Under the pieces are notes generated by a model. That model searched no databases, was not told the DNA's origin, and saw only the letters and a program-made list of their open reading frames with translations. Of a DNA stretch of 32,000 nt, positions 31,348 through 32,000 are shown one piece after another. The translations under genes were made by a program, and so were the position numbers. The DNA comes from Kineococcus radiotolerans SRS30216 = ATCC BAA-149 (lineage in GTDB: Bacteria; Actinomycetota; Actinomycetes; Actinomycetales; Kineococcaceae): assembly GCF_000017305.1 (NCBI RefSeq), contig NC_009664.2, forward strand, positions 3,840,001-3,872,000, read 5' to 3'. The number at the start of each line of letters is the position of its first letter. The stretch's first letter is position 1.

Positions 31348-31766
31348 ACCGCCCCGACGACCGGCCGGTCCCCGACGCGGGCAGCGTGGCGCTGGAGTTC
31401 ACCCTGGTGGCCCCCGCCCTGCTGCTGCTCGTCGCGCTGCTGCTGGCCTACGCCCGCGTCACCCAGGTGTCGGCGACGCTGGACTCCGGGGTCCGCGACG
31501 CGGCCCGCGCGGCCACCACGGCGCGCAACCCCCTCGCCGCGCAGGAACGGGCCCGCGTCGTGGTCCGCGACGCCGTGGGCGCGGGGAACTGCGCCGACAG
31601 CCTCGTCGTCGAACCGATCCCGGAGTTCGCCGCGGGCCGCGCGGTGACGGTCACCGCCACCTGCACGTACTCGGTGGGCGACCTCGGCCTGCCGGGTCTG
31701 CCCGGTTCGCTGTCGGTGACCAGCTCCTTCGCCAGCCCGCTGGACCCGAACCGGGAACTGTCGTGA
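31344..31766 (+). CDS. TadE/TadF-like pseudopilin
   Basis: GTG 31344 in a GTGA overlap, in frame with ORF 31041..31766. PDAGSVALEFTLVAPALLLLVALLLAY matches the TadE motif. Confidence 0.78.
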   Translation: MNRPDDRPVPDAGSVALEFTLVAPALLLLVALLLAYARVTQVSATLDSGVRDAARAATTARNPLAAQERARVVVRDAVGAGNCADSLVVEPIPEFAAGRAVTVTATCTYSVGDLGLPGLPGSLSVTSSFASPLDPNRELS

Positions 31767-32000
31767 GCGCCCTGCGCGGCGGGGGCGACGAGGGTTCCAT
31801 CGCCCCCGCGGTGCCGGTCCTCGCCCTGGTCCTCCTGCTGCTGGCCGGGCTCGTCGTCGACGCCTCCCGCCAGCTGAGCGGCCGGGCCCGCGCCGTGGCC
31901 TACGCCGAGGAGGCCGCCCGGGCCGGGGCGGCGGCGATCGACCTCGACGCCGCGGACCTGGAACTGCTGCCCGACAGCCAGGTCGCGGCGCGGGTGAACG
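31763..32000 (+). CDS. TadG-like pilus assembly protein (partial, runs off the window)
   Basis: My own translation from GTG 31763 (GTGA overlap): VSALRGGGDEGSIAPAVPVLALVLLLLAGLVVDASRQLSGRARAVAYAEEAARAGAAAIDL... This shows the TM helix plus the xxVDxS...A..AA.AGA pattern of TadE/G-like (PF13400-type) N-termini. There is no stop before 32000. Confidence 0.6.
   Translation, partial: MSALRGGGDEGSIAPAVPVLALVLLLLAGLVVDASRQLSGRARAVAYAEEAARAGAAAIDLDAADLELLPDSQVAARVN

Overview
Very GC-rich chromosomal segment; gene content and order point to Actinomycetota. Genus not determined. It has four parts.

(1) A complete rRNA operon at about 106-5695 (16S, tRNA-free spacer, 23S, 5S), followed by a perfect 15-bp hairpin terminator.

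(2) One minus-strand gene (DUF1015 family) converging on that terminator.

(3) A long plus-strand housekeeping block in the same order I recall for Mycobacterium tuberculosis Rv1691-Rv1708:
- TPR protein, HAD-IIA hydrolase, small conserved ORF, tlyA, nadK, recN, steA, steB/mctB, pyrG, Nudix hydrolase, xerD, ParA-like ATPase.
- Relative to that reference order, three extra genes sit between steB and pyrG: a divergent MraY/WecA-like transferase, a MurJ-like flippase and a GT-B glycosyltransferase.

(4) From about 23.0 kb to the window end there is an apparently accessory region:
- an orphan single-module NRPS-like enzyme (adenylation-carrier-thioesterase, no condensation domain);
- a Gram-positive-type Tad/Flp pilus locus: SAF/CpaB-like, degenerate ParA/TadZ-like, TadA ATPase, TadB, TadC, Flp pilin, two TadE-like pseudopilins and a TadG-like gene truncated at 32000.

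Many starts are GTG inside 4-nt GTGA stop/start overlaps. The six-frame track therefore over-extends most ORFs, and I re-called starts by frame arithmetic, RBS and family N-termini. The many long antisense or alternative-frame ORFs are GC-driven shadows. No CRISPR, transposase, phage gene or tRNA was recognised.

The best leads are the NRPS-like/Tad block at the parA junction, the Ser in place of the alpha-amino-binding Asp in the adenylation domain, and the three-gene lipid-linked glycan module attached to steAB. All homology calls come from motif recognition by eye, not from database searches.
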